From contig CAVXAE010000003.1 of assembly GCA_963759725.1 (NCBI GenBank), forward strand, positions 194,406 to 258,405: a DNA stretch of 64,000 nucleotides, read 5' to 3'. The stretch comes from an uncultured Gammaproteobacteria bacterium. GTDB lineage: Bacteria > Pseudomonadota > Gammaproteobacteria > Steroidobacterales > Steroidobacteraceae. The notes beneath the pieces are model-generated. The model had not been told where the DNA came from, searched no databases, and was given only the letters and a program-made list of their open reading frames with translations. Of the stretch, positions 1 to 11,931 are shown piece by piece; the first letter of the stretch is position 1; every line of letters begins with the position of its first letter. The translations under genes were made by a program, and so were the position numbers.

Positions 1-35
1 AACCGCCACGTCGTATGCGACAACCTTCATTGGCA

Positions 36-2330
36 TCAGAAGCGGTAACTGGCCTCCAGGCCGTAGGTACGGGGCGCGCCGCGGTGAGTGTAGTCGTAGC
101 CGAAGCCGAGGAGCAGATCCGCAGCGGAGGTGATGTAGAACTTGTCAGTGAGATTGCGACCCCAGGCCGAGATGTCCAGGGAATCGTTCGCATGGTAAGC
201 CAGGCGCGCATCGACCAGCGAGTAGGAGCTCTGCTTGATGCGTTCCACGTTGAATGGCTCGAAGTACTGCGACCCCGCATAGCTCGCATCGACGAACAGC
301 GTGAGGCCCGAGCTGTCACCCCAGTGCGCCATATCCCACTGCGTGGATACGGTGGCGGTGGCAGAAGGCGCGTTCGGCAGCTTGTTGCCGCTCAGGTCCT
401 CGCCGCGCAGCGTGGCCTCGCTCAGCTTGGCATTCAGAATGCCGAGCGCGGCGCGCACGGTGAATGCCGGGACCGGCCGTGCGACCAGCTCGAGCTCGCC
501 GCCATTCACTTTCGACTTGCCCAGATTCCGCAGCGGCTGCGCGAGCGTGACCGGGTCCACGTCGATGACCTGCTGGTTGCGGTAGACCAGGTAGAACGCC
601 GAGGCATTCACCTGCAGGCGATCATCGAGCCATTGCGTCTTCACGCCGACCTCATAGGAATCGATCGACTCCGGCTTCACCACGGTGAGCTCGTCGGGGC
701 CGAAGAACGCCTGCGCATTGAATGCGCCGGAGCGATAGCCTCGGCTGTAGCTCACGTAGAAGCAGATTATTGCCCGGCAACATGTAGTCGAAGCCCACGC
801 GCCCGGTGACCTTCTTGTTCTCGAGCGAGCGGCTGGCGGTGGCATCCAGATCGAGCGGATCGCCGGGGATCAGGTTGGCGAGCGGCACGCCATCGCTACC
901 GCGCAACTGCGCGAGGAAATTCGTCTGGTCGCCCTTGTCGATGGTGTACCGCAATCCGAGCCGCAGCTTCAGAGGATCCGTCACCTGGTAGCTGGTGTCG
1001 GTATAGGCCGCGTAGCTCTTGCGATTCTGGTCGAACTGGTTGCCGAAGCGGCAGCCGAGACCGCCCAGGTCGAGTCCGACGTCGAGGCAGTCGTTGAAGT
1101 CGAGGGCGCCGTCGCCGTTCAGGTCGATGTCCTGGAAAAGGCGAAGCTCCGTCGAGTTGAAGATCGTCTCCTCGCTGTAATAGGCGCCGACGATGTAGTT
1201 GAAAGCGCTGTCACCGGTCGAGGCGAGGCGCAGGTCCTGCGTCCACTGGCGGGTGCGGCCGAAGTACGGAATCTCGACCACCTGCGAGCGGACTGCCGTC
1301 GGTGTCTTCAGGGTTCAGCAGCTTGCCCTTGTCCCAGGACGTGATCGATGTGAGTGCCAGGGCGTCGTTCAGATCCCAGTTGATCGTAAGCGCCACCGCG
1401 TCGGTCGTCATGCTTGCGCTTGGGGTTGTAGCTCGTCTCGATCTCGTCGTTCTTCAGACCCTGCGCGGAAGTAATCCTGCAGGCCGAAGGCGGCGTAGGC
1501 GCCGGCACCCACGCCGAGCGGACCCGGACGCGCGAAAATTCCGTAGTCGCGCGGATTCTGTTTGCTCGTCGAGAGCTTCAAGCACCATCTCGAGCGTCCT
1601 CATTGGCCTTGTAGAGCAGGCTCAGGCGCGCTCCGTACTGGTCGACGGCACCCATGTCGGGTGAGTCGTTCACGCCCTTGAACCAGCCGTCGGCCTTCGT
1701 GTAGGTGAAAGCGAAGCGCGCGGCGAGCTTGTCTTCCACCAGGGCCGTCTGGAATGCGCCCTGCGCCTCCTGCCGGCTGTAGTTGCCGAATCCGGCAGTC
1801 AGGTAACCGCCGGTGTCGAAGCCGGGCTTGCGCATGATGAAATTGATGGCGCCGCCCGTCGTGTTCTTGCCGTAGAGGGTGCCTTGCGGCCCGCGCAGCA
1901 CTTCGACGCGCTCCAGGTCGAAGATCTCCACGCCGAAAATGGCGAAGTTGCCCTTCGAGACTTCATCCACGTAGCCGGCGACGGGGCTCGACTGATTGAG
2001 GCTGTAGTCGAACATCGAGATGCCACGCAGCGAGAACACCGGCGCGGCCTCGCCGATGATGCCGTTCACCTGCAGGTTCGGAATGTGCGTGACGATCGAT
2101 GAAGAATCGTCCAGCTTCACCGACCCGAGCTGTGCTGCGGTCAGTGCCGTGACGGACACCGGCACCTTCTGCAGGTTCTCCGCGCGCTTCTGCGCGGTGA
2201 CCACCACTTCCTGCAGGCCGCCGCTATCCTCCGCCGGCTCCTCCGGCGCGGCCTGCGCATACGCGCGCCGCTCCCTGAGCGCCACAGCGCGCAGCAATCC
2301 AAACGACAGGCTCGGACGCCAGGCTCGAGA
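36..2330 (-). pseudogene. TonB-dependent outer-membrane receptor, broken by at least 4-5 frameshifts
   Basis: Minus-strand fragments 36-845 (barrel C-terminus ...TYGLEASYRF with terminal Phe), 652-1281, 1211-1411, 1308-1508 and the distal part of ORF 1578-2702 read as one receptor in shifting frames. Plug motifs: [30 protein letters not shown] and [23 protein letters not shown]. Start is approximate. Confidence 0.7.
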
Positions 2331-2371
2331 GTCGGATGCAGCGATCCCCCCGGATCGAAATGACGGTTGAG

Positions 2372-3935
2372 TTTCAGGTAGCCGTAGTTGATGCAGAGCG
2401 ACTTGCTCTCGAGATAGGAGTACACGGCTTCCCTGCCGAGCTCCCGGCCCCAGCCCGACTGCTTGTATCCGCCGAAGGGCATCGCGGCATCGAGAACGTT
2501 GTGGCAGTTCACCCAGACCGTTCCGGCCCTGAGCTTCGGTGCCAGCGCAAAGACGCCGGCGCACATCGCGCGTCCAGATGCTCGCGGCGAGTCCGTAGAT
2601 CGAGTCGTTGGCGATCTTGGCGATCTCCGTCGGCATTGTCGAAAGCCTTGACGACCACGACGGGCCCGAAGATTTCCTCGCGCACGATCGACATGTCGTC
2701 ACGAAACGTTCGCGAAAACGGTGGGCTCGACGTAGTAGCCGGCGCAGTCCACGGCCTTGCCGCCCTGCACGGCCTTCGCACCGCTCGAGAGACCCTCACC
2801 GAGATACTTCACCACGCGCTCGCGCTGTACCGAGGACACCAGCGGTCCAAGCTGCGCCGTCGGATCGAGACCCGGCCCGAGCTTGAGGCTGCTCGCGTAC
2901 GCGGCAATGCCTTCCAGCACGCGATCGTAATGGCGCTTCGCCACGTACAGGCGCGAGCCGGCGCTGCAGACCTGGCCCTGGTTGAAGAAGATGCCACCGG
3001 CCGCGCCGGGAATCGCGGTCTCGAGGTCGGCATCATCCATGCACGATGGTCGGCGACTTGCCGCCGAGCTCGACGGTCACCTTCTTCATGTTGCCCTGCG
3101 GCGGCGCGCACGATCAGGCGCCCGACTTCGGTGGAGCCGGTGAAAGTGATCTTGTCGACGTCCGGATGCTGCGGCGAGCGCCGCGCCCGCGGTCGGGCCG
3201 AGGCCAGTCACGATATTGAACACGCCTTTCGGCAGGCCCGCTTCGAGCACCAGCTCGCCGAGCCGCAGCGCCGTGAGCGGCGTCTCCTCGGCCGGCTTCA
3301 GTACGAACCGTGCAGCCCGCTGCGAGCGCGGGCGCAATTTTCCACGTGGCCAGCACCAGCGGGAAATTCCACGCGATGATCGCCCCGACCACGCCGACCG
3401 GCTCGCGCAGCGAGAACGCCGCATATTCCTGCCCGGGCACGAGGGTTCCGGAGATCGGCAGGATCTGCCCTTCGAGCTTGGTCGGCCAGCCCGGCCATGT
3501 AGCGCCAGACTTCGATGACATGCTTCACGTCGACGTGGCGCGCCATCACGACCGACTTGCCGTTGTCGAGCGCCTCGAGCTGCGCAAGCTCATCGGCGTG
3601 GGCCTCGATCAGGTCCGCGATCCGGTGCATCACCCGCTCGCGGTCGAGGGGCTTCATACGGGTCCACTCGGAGTCCTCGAGCGCATGGCGGGCGGCGCGC
3701 TACGGCGCGATCGACGTCCGCAGCATCGCCCGCGGCAACGGTCGCGATGACCTCGTCGCTCGAGGGGTCGCGCACGTCGAAGGTCTCGCCGCTCTGGGCG
3801 TCGACCCATTCGCCACCGATGAGGTGCTTGCGCGGCTTGCGCAGGAACGCGGTGTTCGCCGGCGGTGAGGCCCGGAAAGATCGTTGGCCAGAGAGCGGCC
3901 GGGCGGTCGGACTTCATCTGTTCTTGGGATCGCAT
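2372..3935 (-). pseudogene. NAD(P)+-dependent aldehyde dehydrogenase, multiple frameshifts
   Basis: Fragments 3590-3775 ([23 protein letters not shown]), 3114-3521 ([31 protein letters not shown]), 2699-3040 (FFNQGQVCSAGSRLYV, catalytic Cys motif), 2141-2566 ([28 protein letters not shown]). ATG at 3935 is preceded by GGAAGGGG. The 3' end is uncertain. Confidence 0.75.
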
Positions 3936-4095
3936 CGGTTCCCCTTCCGTGCAATTCGAGTATGGGTGGGCCGAGTATCGGGAGGCGCGGCGGCCTTGCC
4001 TATGAGCCGTTGGCGGGGGTCGGATCGATACTTTAGTATCAGGCGCACGCACGAGATCCTCTTTTGTGTGGCGCTGACGCCGCAGAGCGAGAACG

Positions 4096-4771
4096 ATGAC
4101 GGGCCATACCGCCGAGACGCTGATCGCCGCCGCCAAGCGCGTGCTGATCGCGGACGATCACCCGCTCTACCGGGATGCGTTGCGAGCAGTGGTGCCGCAG
4201 GCCTGCCCGGAGGCGGACATCTTCGAGGCCTGCAGCCAGGAGGAAGTGCTGCCGCAGGTCGCTTCGGATTCCGCCGTTCGATCTCATCGTGCTCGATCTC
4301 AATCTGCCCGGCGCGGTCGGCTATTCCTGCCTGCAGCAGACGCGGCAGGTCGCGAAGCTGACGCCGATCATCGTGGTGTCCGCGCTCGAGGATGCCGCCA
4401 TCATGGGCAAGGCGGTGCTGGCGGGCGCGACGGCATATGTGCCGAAGTCTGCATCGCGCCAGGTGCTCGTCGATGCGATACGCATCATCATGGAAGGCGG
4501 AACGTACATGCCGGCGAGGCGATGACTGCCTTGCGCAACGCGCAGACGGCGCAGGCGCCGCGATGCAGCGAAGTACGCAGACGAGCTGACCTCCCGCCAG
4601 CAGCGGGTGCTCACGCTGCTGGCTGAAGGGTTTTCGAACAAACATATCGCGCGCGATCTGGACATCAGCGAGATCACGGTGAAAGCGCACGTATCGGCGA
4701 TACTGAAGAAGCTGGGCGTGGCCAATCGGGTGCAGGCCGCTATCGAAGCGCGGCGCCGGCTTTCAATTTAA
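4096..4771 (+). pseudogene. NarL/FixJ (LuxR-type HTH) response regulator, about 3 frame changes
   Basis: REC domain: RVLIADDHPLYRDAL..., FDLIVLDLNLPG, TPIIVVSALED. LuxR HTH: [45 protein letters not shown]. The frame goes 1->2 (about 4265), 2->1 (about 4520), 1->2 (about 4560). Confidence 0.75.
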
Positions 4772-4772
4772 G

Positions 4773-7372
4773 TCAGTGATCGGCATACGCCGGCAGGCGC
4801 TCGATCATCGCGCGCAGCTTCGCAAGGTTGAGCGGTTTGTCGAGCACGCTCAGGCCGCGCTGCTGCAAGCGCTCGCGCAAGGCTGGGTCCGGATCGCTAG
4901 TCATGATCACGGCCGGCACCTCCCACTCGAACTCGCGCTGGATCTCCTCGTATCGCCTCGTCGCCTTTCACGCCGTTGCCGAGGTGATAGTCGGAGACGA
5001 TCAGGTCGGGCTCGGCATCAGCGGCGATGAGGCGGACCACCGCGTCCGTCGCCAGCGATGCCGTGACCGCGCGACATCCCCATTTGCCCAGGATCGCGGA
5101 CATGCCGAGCAGCACGTCGGGGTTGTCGTCGATGACCACGATATTGAGCGGCCGTGAGCGGACGTCGCGGCGACCGGCGGACGCTGCCAGAGCGGCCGCG
5201 AGTGAGGCGTCGCGGTCGGCCGACCCGTACGGAACGATGACGGCAAACATCGAGCCCTTGCCGGGCTGCGAGCGCACCAGCGCCCGAGCGACAGCAGCCG
5301 CGCGATGCGGCTGACGATGGAAAGGCCGAGGCCGATGCCGGTGTTGCTGCGTCGCGCCTCGGCTCGGCACCTGATAGTAGGGATCGAAGATCGCGTCGAG
5401 ATGCTGGCGCTCGATGCCGATCGCCCGTGTCGTACACGCAGATCATCAGACCCTCGGCGCGGCGCCGGCAGCCCACGCCGCACCCGCCCGCCCGGCGTGT
5501 AGCGAATGGCATTGCTGATGAAGTTGCGCAGCACGGTCTCGAGCAGGTGCAGATCGGTGCGCACCCAGCGCTTGCACGGCAGCAGGCGCAGATCGATGCC
5601 GACCGAGCGCGCCACCGCCTCGAATTCGGGACCGATGCGCTCGATGAGCGCGGCGATCGGAAAATCCGTCAGGTGCGGCTCGATGTCGCCGGAGTCGAGC
5701 CGCGCCACATCGAGCAGCGTACCGAGCAGATTGTTGAGCGATACCAGCGCAAGCCGTGCCCGCTGCAGCAGGCCGCGCGTCACTCTCCGACAGCGCCTGC
5801 TCGTCCATCGACTCGAGGAACAGCAGCGCCGAGTTGAGCGGCTGGCGCAGATCGTGGCTCGCTGCGGCGAGGAAGCGCGTCTTGCTCTGGTTGGCCAGGT
5901 CCGCCTGCAGCTTGGCCTGCTTGAGCGCCAGCTCGATCTCGCGCCGTGACTCGAGCTCGCGGTTCAGCCGCACGTTGAGCAGACTCGTACTGTTCGGTGC
6001 GCTGTCGCACGGTTACTTCGAGCTTCGCGGCGGCCTGGAACCAGGAGAAAGGCGTGCCTTCGCTGTCGATGGCCCGCTCGACGCGGGCCATCAGCGCGCG
6101 CACCGTCTTGCGAAGCGCGACGTTCTCGGCGCGCATTCGCTCCGACGCGGGCTTCCGGGAAGCGGCCTTCTTCACCGGCTTGCGCCGTTGCGGCAGCTTG
6201 ACGCTTGCGCTTCGAAGCCATGGTCAGCCCGCGCGGCGATACCCAGGCAGGTGAACGAGTTGTTGGCGTGGATGGTATTGAATTGCTCGCCGAGCGTGGC
6301 GAAGCCAACGACCGCCTGGTGCTTCATCATGGCGGCGATGGGGGCTGCCACTCCGTTTTGCTCCATGCAGACCGTGCGCGCCGCGCAATCGAAGCCGATG
6401 ACGATTTCCGTTGGCCCCAGCTTCTCGTGCAGCGCGCCGAACATGCTCTCCAGGCGCGCGACCATGTTGCGGGGAGTCGGCTAGCGCAACCACCATGCCA
6501 GTCTCCATCGCGCAGGCGAATTCGATCGAGCCGTCCGCGTACATGCGTTGCACGCCGCGGCAGAAATACTGGCCGCCGACGCGCACCATGAGCGGAAAGG
6601 TCGCAAGCTCCGCCACCTCGCGCGCGGGCCGTTTCAAGCCCAGCGCCTGCGAGTACGCCTCGACTGCATTTCTCCCGTCGATCTCGCGCACCAGCCGGCG
6701 GTCGGGGTCTGCGTCCGTGATGACCAGCTTGCGTTTACCTGGGTTGTAATGAGTATGGTTCAATGCCATCACCGGCGTGTCGCAGGCCACGAGACAAAAT
6801 ACCGCGGCACGCGACAAGCCTCGCCCCTGGTGCAGGATGCGCGTCGAGCCGTTGAGGTCACCGCGCGGATTGAAGAGAAAATCGCCGGCCGAGCCTCCGA
6901 CGATGGGCACGCCAGCCAGCTCCGTACCGAGCGCGGCGATCAGCCGCTCTTCGCATCGCGCCTCGGCATCGACGAGCAACAGGCCGAACTGGTGCCGCCG
7001 AGCCGGGCCCGCATCCCGCTCGAGGCGCGCGCGTAGCAACCGCACCACGTCACGCGCATCGGGTAGCCCGAAACGGCTGACGTCTTCGATCAACGTTTCC
7101 GCGACGGTGAAACGGCCCGACGGCAGATGAAATCCGCTGAGGCCGCGGTCGCGGAAACCTTCAGGCCCGATGGTTCGACTGGTCAACCCGCCGACTGCGT
7201 TCCGGCCGACTGATTGCAACGCCGCGCCGAGTGGCGAAAGATCATAGGCGGTCGAGCAGAACAGCATGGTGAAGCCATCATCGCCGGGAATCTGACGGCA
7301 GATGTCATCCACGGCCGCACGCTCCCCGTCGGCCAGCGTGCTGATCGTGGTGATGGCGTCACGCGCTGGCAT
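4773..7372 (-). pseudogene. FIST-domain hybrid sensor histidine kinase (FIST_N/FIST_C, coiled coil, HisKA, HATPase, REC), multiple frameshifts
   Basis: ORF 6224-7372 is FIST-like (LFCSTAYD..., GVPIVGGSAGD). 6172-6465 is FIST_C (GFATLGEQFNTIHANNSFTCLGIA). H-box SKTRFLAAASHDLRQPL (5446-5973). N/G boxes LRNFISNAIRYTPGG and GIGLGLSIVSRIARLL. REC: NIVVIDDNPDVLLGM...DLIVSDYHLG. Tail ...LPAYADH followed by stop at 4773. Confidence 0.75.
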
Positions 7373-7394
7373 GAGATTCGCCGACCATGGCTCT

Positions 7395-9102
7395 TTAAGC
7401 GCGCGGCGACTTGCGGGCTGCGCAGATCTTCCTCCCAGAATTCCTGTGGGCGGCGAGTTTCGCCAGCGCTGCGCGCGTGCTCGGCGTTTCGCAATTCCAC
7501 GCGGCGGATCTTACCGGAGATGGTTTTGGGCAAGGCCGCAAACTCGAGCCGCCGGATTCTCTTGTAAGGCGATACGCGCTCGTTGACGTGCTTGAAGATC
7601 GACAGGGCGGTGTTCGCATCTGGCGGGTGCCCTTCGACCAGCACGACGAATGCCTTGGGAACAGCCAGGCGTAGCGCATCCGGGCTCGGCACGACCGCCG
7701 CCTCCGCCACCGCCGCATGCTCGATGAGCACGCTTTCGAGCTCGAAGGGGCTGATGCGGTAGTCGGACGACTTGAACACATCGTCCGTGCGGCCGACGTA
7801 GGTCAGGTAACCGTCGGCGTCTCGCGAGGCGACGTCACCGGTGTGATAGAAGCCGTCGTGCATGATGGCCGCGGTACGCTCGGCATCGTCGAGGTAGCCC
7901 TGCATCAGGCCCGTCGGGCGATCGCTGAGGTCGATACAGATTTCGCCTTCGTCGCCCACCCTACCCTGTCGCGTCGACCAGCGCGATGGTCGTATCCCGG
8001 CAACGGCACGGCCCATCGAACCCGGTTTCACCGGTTGCCCGGGGCAATTTCCCGACCTGCGCCGTCGTCTCGGTCTGGCCGAATCCATCGCGAATCGTCA
8101 GGCCCCAGGCGCACCGCACCTGTTCGATGACCTCGGGATTGAGCGGCTCGCCGGCACTGATCAGTTCACGCAGGCCCACCGCCCATTTGCGCAGGTCCTG
8201 CAGGATGAGCATGCGCCACACCGTCGGCGGCGCGCAGAAGGTGGTCACCTTGCAGCGGACCAGCTGATCCAGCAGCGCGCGCGCATCGAAGCGGTCGTAT
8301 TGGTAAGAAAGCACCTGGGCCTGCGCATTCCACGGCGCGAACAGGCACGACCAGGCGTGCTTGGCCCAGCCGGGCGAGCTCAGGTTCAAATGAACGTCGC
8401 CGGGCTTCAGGCCCACCCAGTACATCGTCGAGAGATGACCGACCGGATAGCTCACGTGGGTGTGCGCGACGAGCTTCGGGCGCGCCGTGGTGCCGGAGGT
8501 GAAATACAGCAGCAGCAGATCGTCGGCGCGCGTCGGGCCCGCCGGCGCGAAGACGATGCTCGCTGATTGGAGTCGCTGACCATGAGATCCAGCCGGGAAC
8601 GGTCTCGCCGACCGCGATCCGTATCGGAGCGCCATCGAGCGCGGCGAATCGATCGGCCAGATGCGAGTGCGTCACGATGGCCTTCACCTTGCCGCGGGCG
8701 AGGCGGTCGCGCAGGTCTTCGCGCTCGAGCAGTGTCGTCGCCGGAATGATGACGACGCCGCAGCTGAATGCAGGCGAGCATCGTCTCCCACAGCGGCACG
8801 ATGTTTCCGAGCATCACCAGGACGCGATCTCCGGCGCCGATGCCTTGCGCACGCAGAAAATTGGCGACCTGCGAGGATCGCGCCGAGAGCGCGGAGAACG
8901 AGAGGGACTCGTCCCGGCCGGAATCGTCCACGACGCGCAGCGCGATGCTCTCGTTGCCCGCGGCGATCGCGTCGAAATAATCGAGCGCCCAATTGAAATG
9001 TTCGAATTGCGGCCAGCGAAATTCGCGCGTCGCGCCGTTCGCATCTTCGCGCCAGCTCAGCAGCTGATCGCGCGCAGTGATGAATTGGTTTGTCGCCCCC
9101 AC
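7395..9102 (-). pseudogene. AMP-forming acyl-CoA synthetase/ligase (medium-chain type), 2-3 frameshifts
   Basis: Fragments 8452-9102, 7961-8635 (LLYFTSGTTARPKLV AMP-binding motif; GQTETT) and 7183-8088 (YHTGD; PKTISGKIRRVELR). GTG start at 9102. Stop is uncertain because the reading frame runs into the neighbouring gene. Confidence 0.75.
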
Positions 9103-9216
9103 GTCAACCCCCCTGCCCTAGTCCAGGCCCGTAGCCGCAGCATGCGCCCGATGGTGCCACGCATGCCCGCAAAGTCGGCTATGCGTCGGACCAATTGATC
9201 TGATGGGAGATGTCTG

Positions 9217-9453
9217 CTAGCCGTCGCCAGTATGCAGCGGGTCGGAGTCGCGCGCCTTGAGAACAGCGGCGGTCGAGGTAGAAGATTGACGCGGGAGTGG
9301 CTCTTCCGGATGGATGGCTCGCGCAGCGGGCGTTCCTTCCAAGGCGCGCGCTTTGGGGCGTTGCGCCCGGGATTGCAACAGCAGATATCCGCCAAGCGCG
9401 AGCGCGACGCCAAGAATCGACTTGGACAGCGCGATTTGTGAGTCAGAGATCAT
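9217..9453 (-). CDS. hypothetical small membrane protein (one predicted TM)
   Basis: 78-aa ORF in otherwise empty intergenic space. N-terminal hydrophobic stretch ILGVALALGGYLLL. No family recognised. Confidence 0.2.
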   Translation of the reverse strand: MISDSQIALSKSILGVALALGGYLLLQSRAQRPKARALEGTPAARAIHPEEPLPRQSSTSTAAVLKARDSDPLHTGDG

Positions 9454-9502
9454 TACGTGGGTCGTATCCTCCCGCTCAGGGACGCATTTATCGATCCCGT
9501 TC

Positions 9503-10981
9503 TCAGGGCTTCGGCGCAGCTTCCTTTGCTCGCGACTCGGCGAGCAGCGCGCCGCGCCGGCCCGGTGACGATTTCAAAGAGGCCTGGATTTCCTTCAACG
9601 CGAGATCGGGCTGACCAGCGGCGAGCAGCATCTCCCCCAACTGCTGGCGCGCGGGGATTATGGGCCCGGGAGTTACGGGAAGTTTCTCGACTGCATCTTC
9701 GTCGTCCGCGGCTGCACGCATCGCAGTGATTGCATTGGCTTTGTCACCGCCGGCGAACGCCACCCACGCTCCCGCTTCCTGCCTGAGGATGCTCGCCTGC
9801 CTCCCCCAGTATTTGTTACCGGCCGCCTGCAATTTCGATTTGCATTCATCGAGCTTCGCGAGATCCGAGCCCGCATCGGCCGGAGCGCCCGCGCGAGCGT
9901 GGCCGACAGCGCGTGCCCAATAAACGATCGCCGCCACTTGCGGGCTACTGCCTGGAATCGGCTGCAATGAAGCGGCAGCCTTCCATTGGGCCTGCTCCAC
10001 CGCGAGCCGCACCGGCATTGCGTTCATCGCGTACCCAATCTTGAACTCGCCCGCGGCGGGCAGTTTCATCGCTGCTGAGTCGCGCACGATGCGCTCCGCA
10101 TCGCCGAAACGCCCCAGCTGCAGGTATGCATACGTGAGGTAGTCCATGGCGTGGAGCTCTTCGCCGACGTCGCCCTGATCGTGCGCGGCCTGGCGCGCGG
10201 CGCGGTTTGAGGCAATCGAATCTTCCCACAGGCCGAGTCGCGTAAAGACATGCGAGGGCATGTGCAACGCGTGCGGCGCGGATGGCGCGATCTGTGAGTA
10301 GGCGCGCGCCGCGTTCACCCCTCGCGCGGCCAGCTCCGAGCTGTCGTAGGCATGTATCAAATAATGCGCGAGCCCCGGGTGATCTGGAAATCGCTTGTAC
10401 AACGGTTCCAGGATCTCCGCCGCATGCTTCTGCTGGGCATGCGTCGCGTCTGTCGGCGCTGCCGTGGACAGCAGCGCGAGCGCGTAGAAGATCTGCGCTT
10501 CGGTGTCTTTCGGATAGTGCCGTGCGACAGCGGCCATCGCTTTTTCGTAGGCGCGAGCGCGGTCGGCGTGCGGAACGCTATCTGAATTGTCGTAGTAGGC
10601 GCCGATGGCGTCGATGTACTCGCGCTCGCGCGGAGTGGCTGCCGGCGTCTTGCGCGCTGCCGCGACCTCTTGCGTCCCCAGGCGAACGCGGTCCGGATTC
10701 GGCTCCCATAGCAAATGGTAGTACGACATCGCCATGCCCCAGTGGGCCATGAAGCAGCCTGGATCCTTCGTCAACACTTCCTGGAAGGCGTGTTCGGACG
10801 CGTCGTACGCGAAGGAGTGCAGGAGCGCGACTGAACGGTTGAATGCCTCGGCGACCCGTGACGAGCACGAGTTCTCGAAGACGACTCTGCCCAGCTTCTC
10901 CGGCGCCGGGTGGTAGTGCTCTTCCTCGGCTGCAACTGGCAGCGCGAAGGCGAGAATCAGTGCGAACGAGAGCGTGCGCAT
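9503..10981 (-). CDS. secreted TPR-like repeat protein
   Basis: Intact 492-aa ORF. Signal peptide MRTLSFALILAFALPVAAEE. Helical-repeat-like composition throughout. Confidence 0.7.
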   Translation of the reverse strand: MRTLSFALILAFALPVAAEEEHYHPAPEKLGRVVFENSCSSRVAEAFNRSVALLHSFAYDASEHAFQEVLTKDPGCFMAHWGMAMSYYHLLWEPNPDRVRLGTQEVAAARKTPAATPREREYIDAIGAYYDNSDSVPHADRARAYEKAMAAVARHYPKDTEAQIFYALALLSTAAPTDATHAQQKHAAEILEPLYKRFPDHPGLAHYLIHAYDSSELAARGVNAARAYSQIAPSAPHALHMPSHVFTRLGLWEDSIASNRAARQAAHDQGDVGEELHAMDYLTYAYLQLGRFGDAERIVRDSAAMKLPAAGEFKIGYAMNAMPVRLAVEQAQWKAAASLQPIPGSSPQVAAIVYWARAVGHARAGAPADAGSDLAKLDECKSKLQAAGNKYWGRQASILRQEAGAWVAFAGGDKANAITAMRAAADDEDAVEKLPVTPGPIIPARQQLGEMLLAAGQPDLALKEIQASLKSSPGRRGALLAESRAKEAAPKP

Positions 10982-10982
10982 A

Positions 10983-11657
10983 TCATTTCTCCTCGGCAGT
11001 GACTTCCGCGAACGCGCGGACCGGAAATGTGCCCACCCCTTTGAATTTGGGGGGCACGGCGCTGAAACGAAACGGCTGGTCCGGGAGCAGCTCGAGGCCG
11101 CGCAGGTGCTCTACGATCAGGATCTCCTCTTTCAGCAGCACGCTGTGCACGGGCCGGGAGTTCTTCGAGCGCGTGTCGTCGATGTTGTGGGAATCGATGC
11201 CCACGAGGACCGCGCCCTGATCGCGCAAGTACACCGCCGCCGTCTCGTTGAGGAACGGATGGTTCTCGAAATAGGCCGGCCTATTCCAATTGTCGCTCCA
11301 GCCGGTGTGCACCAGAACAGCTTTGCCGGATACGTCGACGCGTTCGAAGTCTGCCCGGCCGATCTCGAGGCGCTCGCGGTGAGGAGCTCGCACGACGAGC
11401 GCGGGGAGATTGACGAAGCGCTCCAGGGCCGTCGCGGCGAGATCCTTTCCGTCGGCGTAGCGGTGAAACGGGCAATCGATGTAGGTGCCGGTGTTTGCAA
11501 CCATGTCGATGCGGCCGATCTGGAATTCAGCGCCGCCGGTGTAGTTCTTGCGGGAGGCTTCGCGGCTCAGATAGTCGCAGATCACCGGCCCCGGCAGGCC
11601 CTTGAAGGTCACCAGGCCATCATGGATCGAGTGGCTGAGATCGATGAGTGTGGACAC
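10983..11657 (-). CDS. cyclase-family protein (kynurenine-formamidase-like fold)
   Basis: Intact 224-aa ORF. LIDLSH...GTYIDCPFH...VLVHTGW pattern is typical of putative cyclases (PF04199-like). The canonical first His is not conserved. Confidence 0.65.
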   Translation of the reverse strand: MSTLIDLSHSIHDGLVTFKGLPGPVICDYLSREASRKNYTGGAEFQIGRIDMVANTGTYIDCPFHRYADGKDLAATALERFVNLPALVVRAPHRERLEIGRADFERVDVSGKAVLVHTGWSDNWNRPAYFENHPFLNETAAVYLRDQGAVLVGIDSHNIDDTRSKNSRPVHSVLLKEEILIVEHLRGLELLPDQPFRFSAVPPKFKGVGTFPVRAFAEVTAEEK

Positions 11658-11772
11658 GCGCTGCCCTCCGGGGAGGGTGAGCTTAGGATTTCCCTCCCGG
11701 CGGTGGCAACACGGCGCGCGAATCGTAGCGTAACCATTTGTTTGTAAATGCTTTTGGTTACGCGGGATTGGC

Positions 11773-11801
11773 GTTGACAGCGGCCCGCTCCCCCTAGAGA
11801 A
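11773..11801 (+). promoter_or_regulatory. candidate sigma70 promoter for tRNA-Met
   Basis: TTGACA (11773-11778), 17-nt spacer, GAGAAT (11796-11801), then a GC-rich discriminator CGCCGCGCC about 20 nt before the tRNA 5' end. Confidence 0.35.
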
Positions 11802-11822
11802 TCGCCGCGCCTCGAAGCTCGT

Positions 11823-11899
11823 GGTGATGTAGCTCAGTTGGTGAGAGCGGCGGATTCATAACCCGCAGGTCGGTGGTTCAATTCCACCCATCACCACCA
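11823..11899 (+). tRNA. tRNA-Met, anticodon CAU, elongator type (Ile2/lysidine type not excluded)
   Basis: 77-nt cloverleaf. Acceptor GGTGATG/CATCACC, D stem GCTC/GAGC, anticodon loop TTCATAA, T arm GGTGG-TTCAATT-CCACC, encoded CCA. The 1-72 base pair excludes an initiator. Confidence 0.9.
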
Positions 11900-11931
11900 T
11901 TTCGCTCATGAAGAACGTTGGGCTCGCGGAC

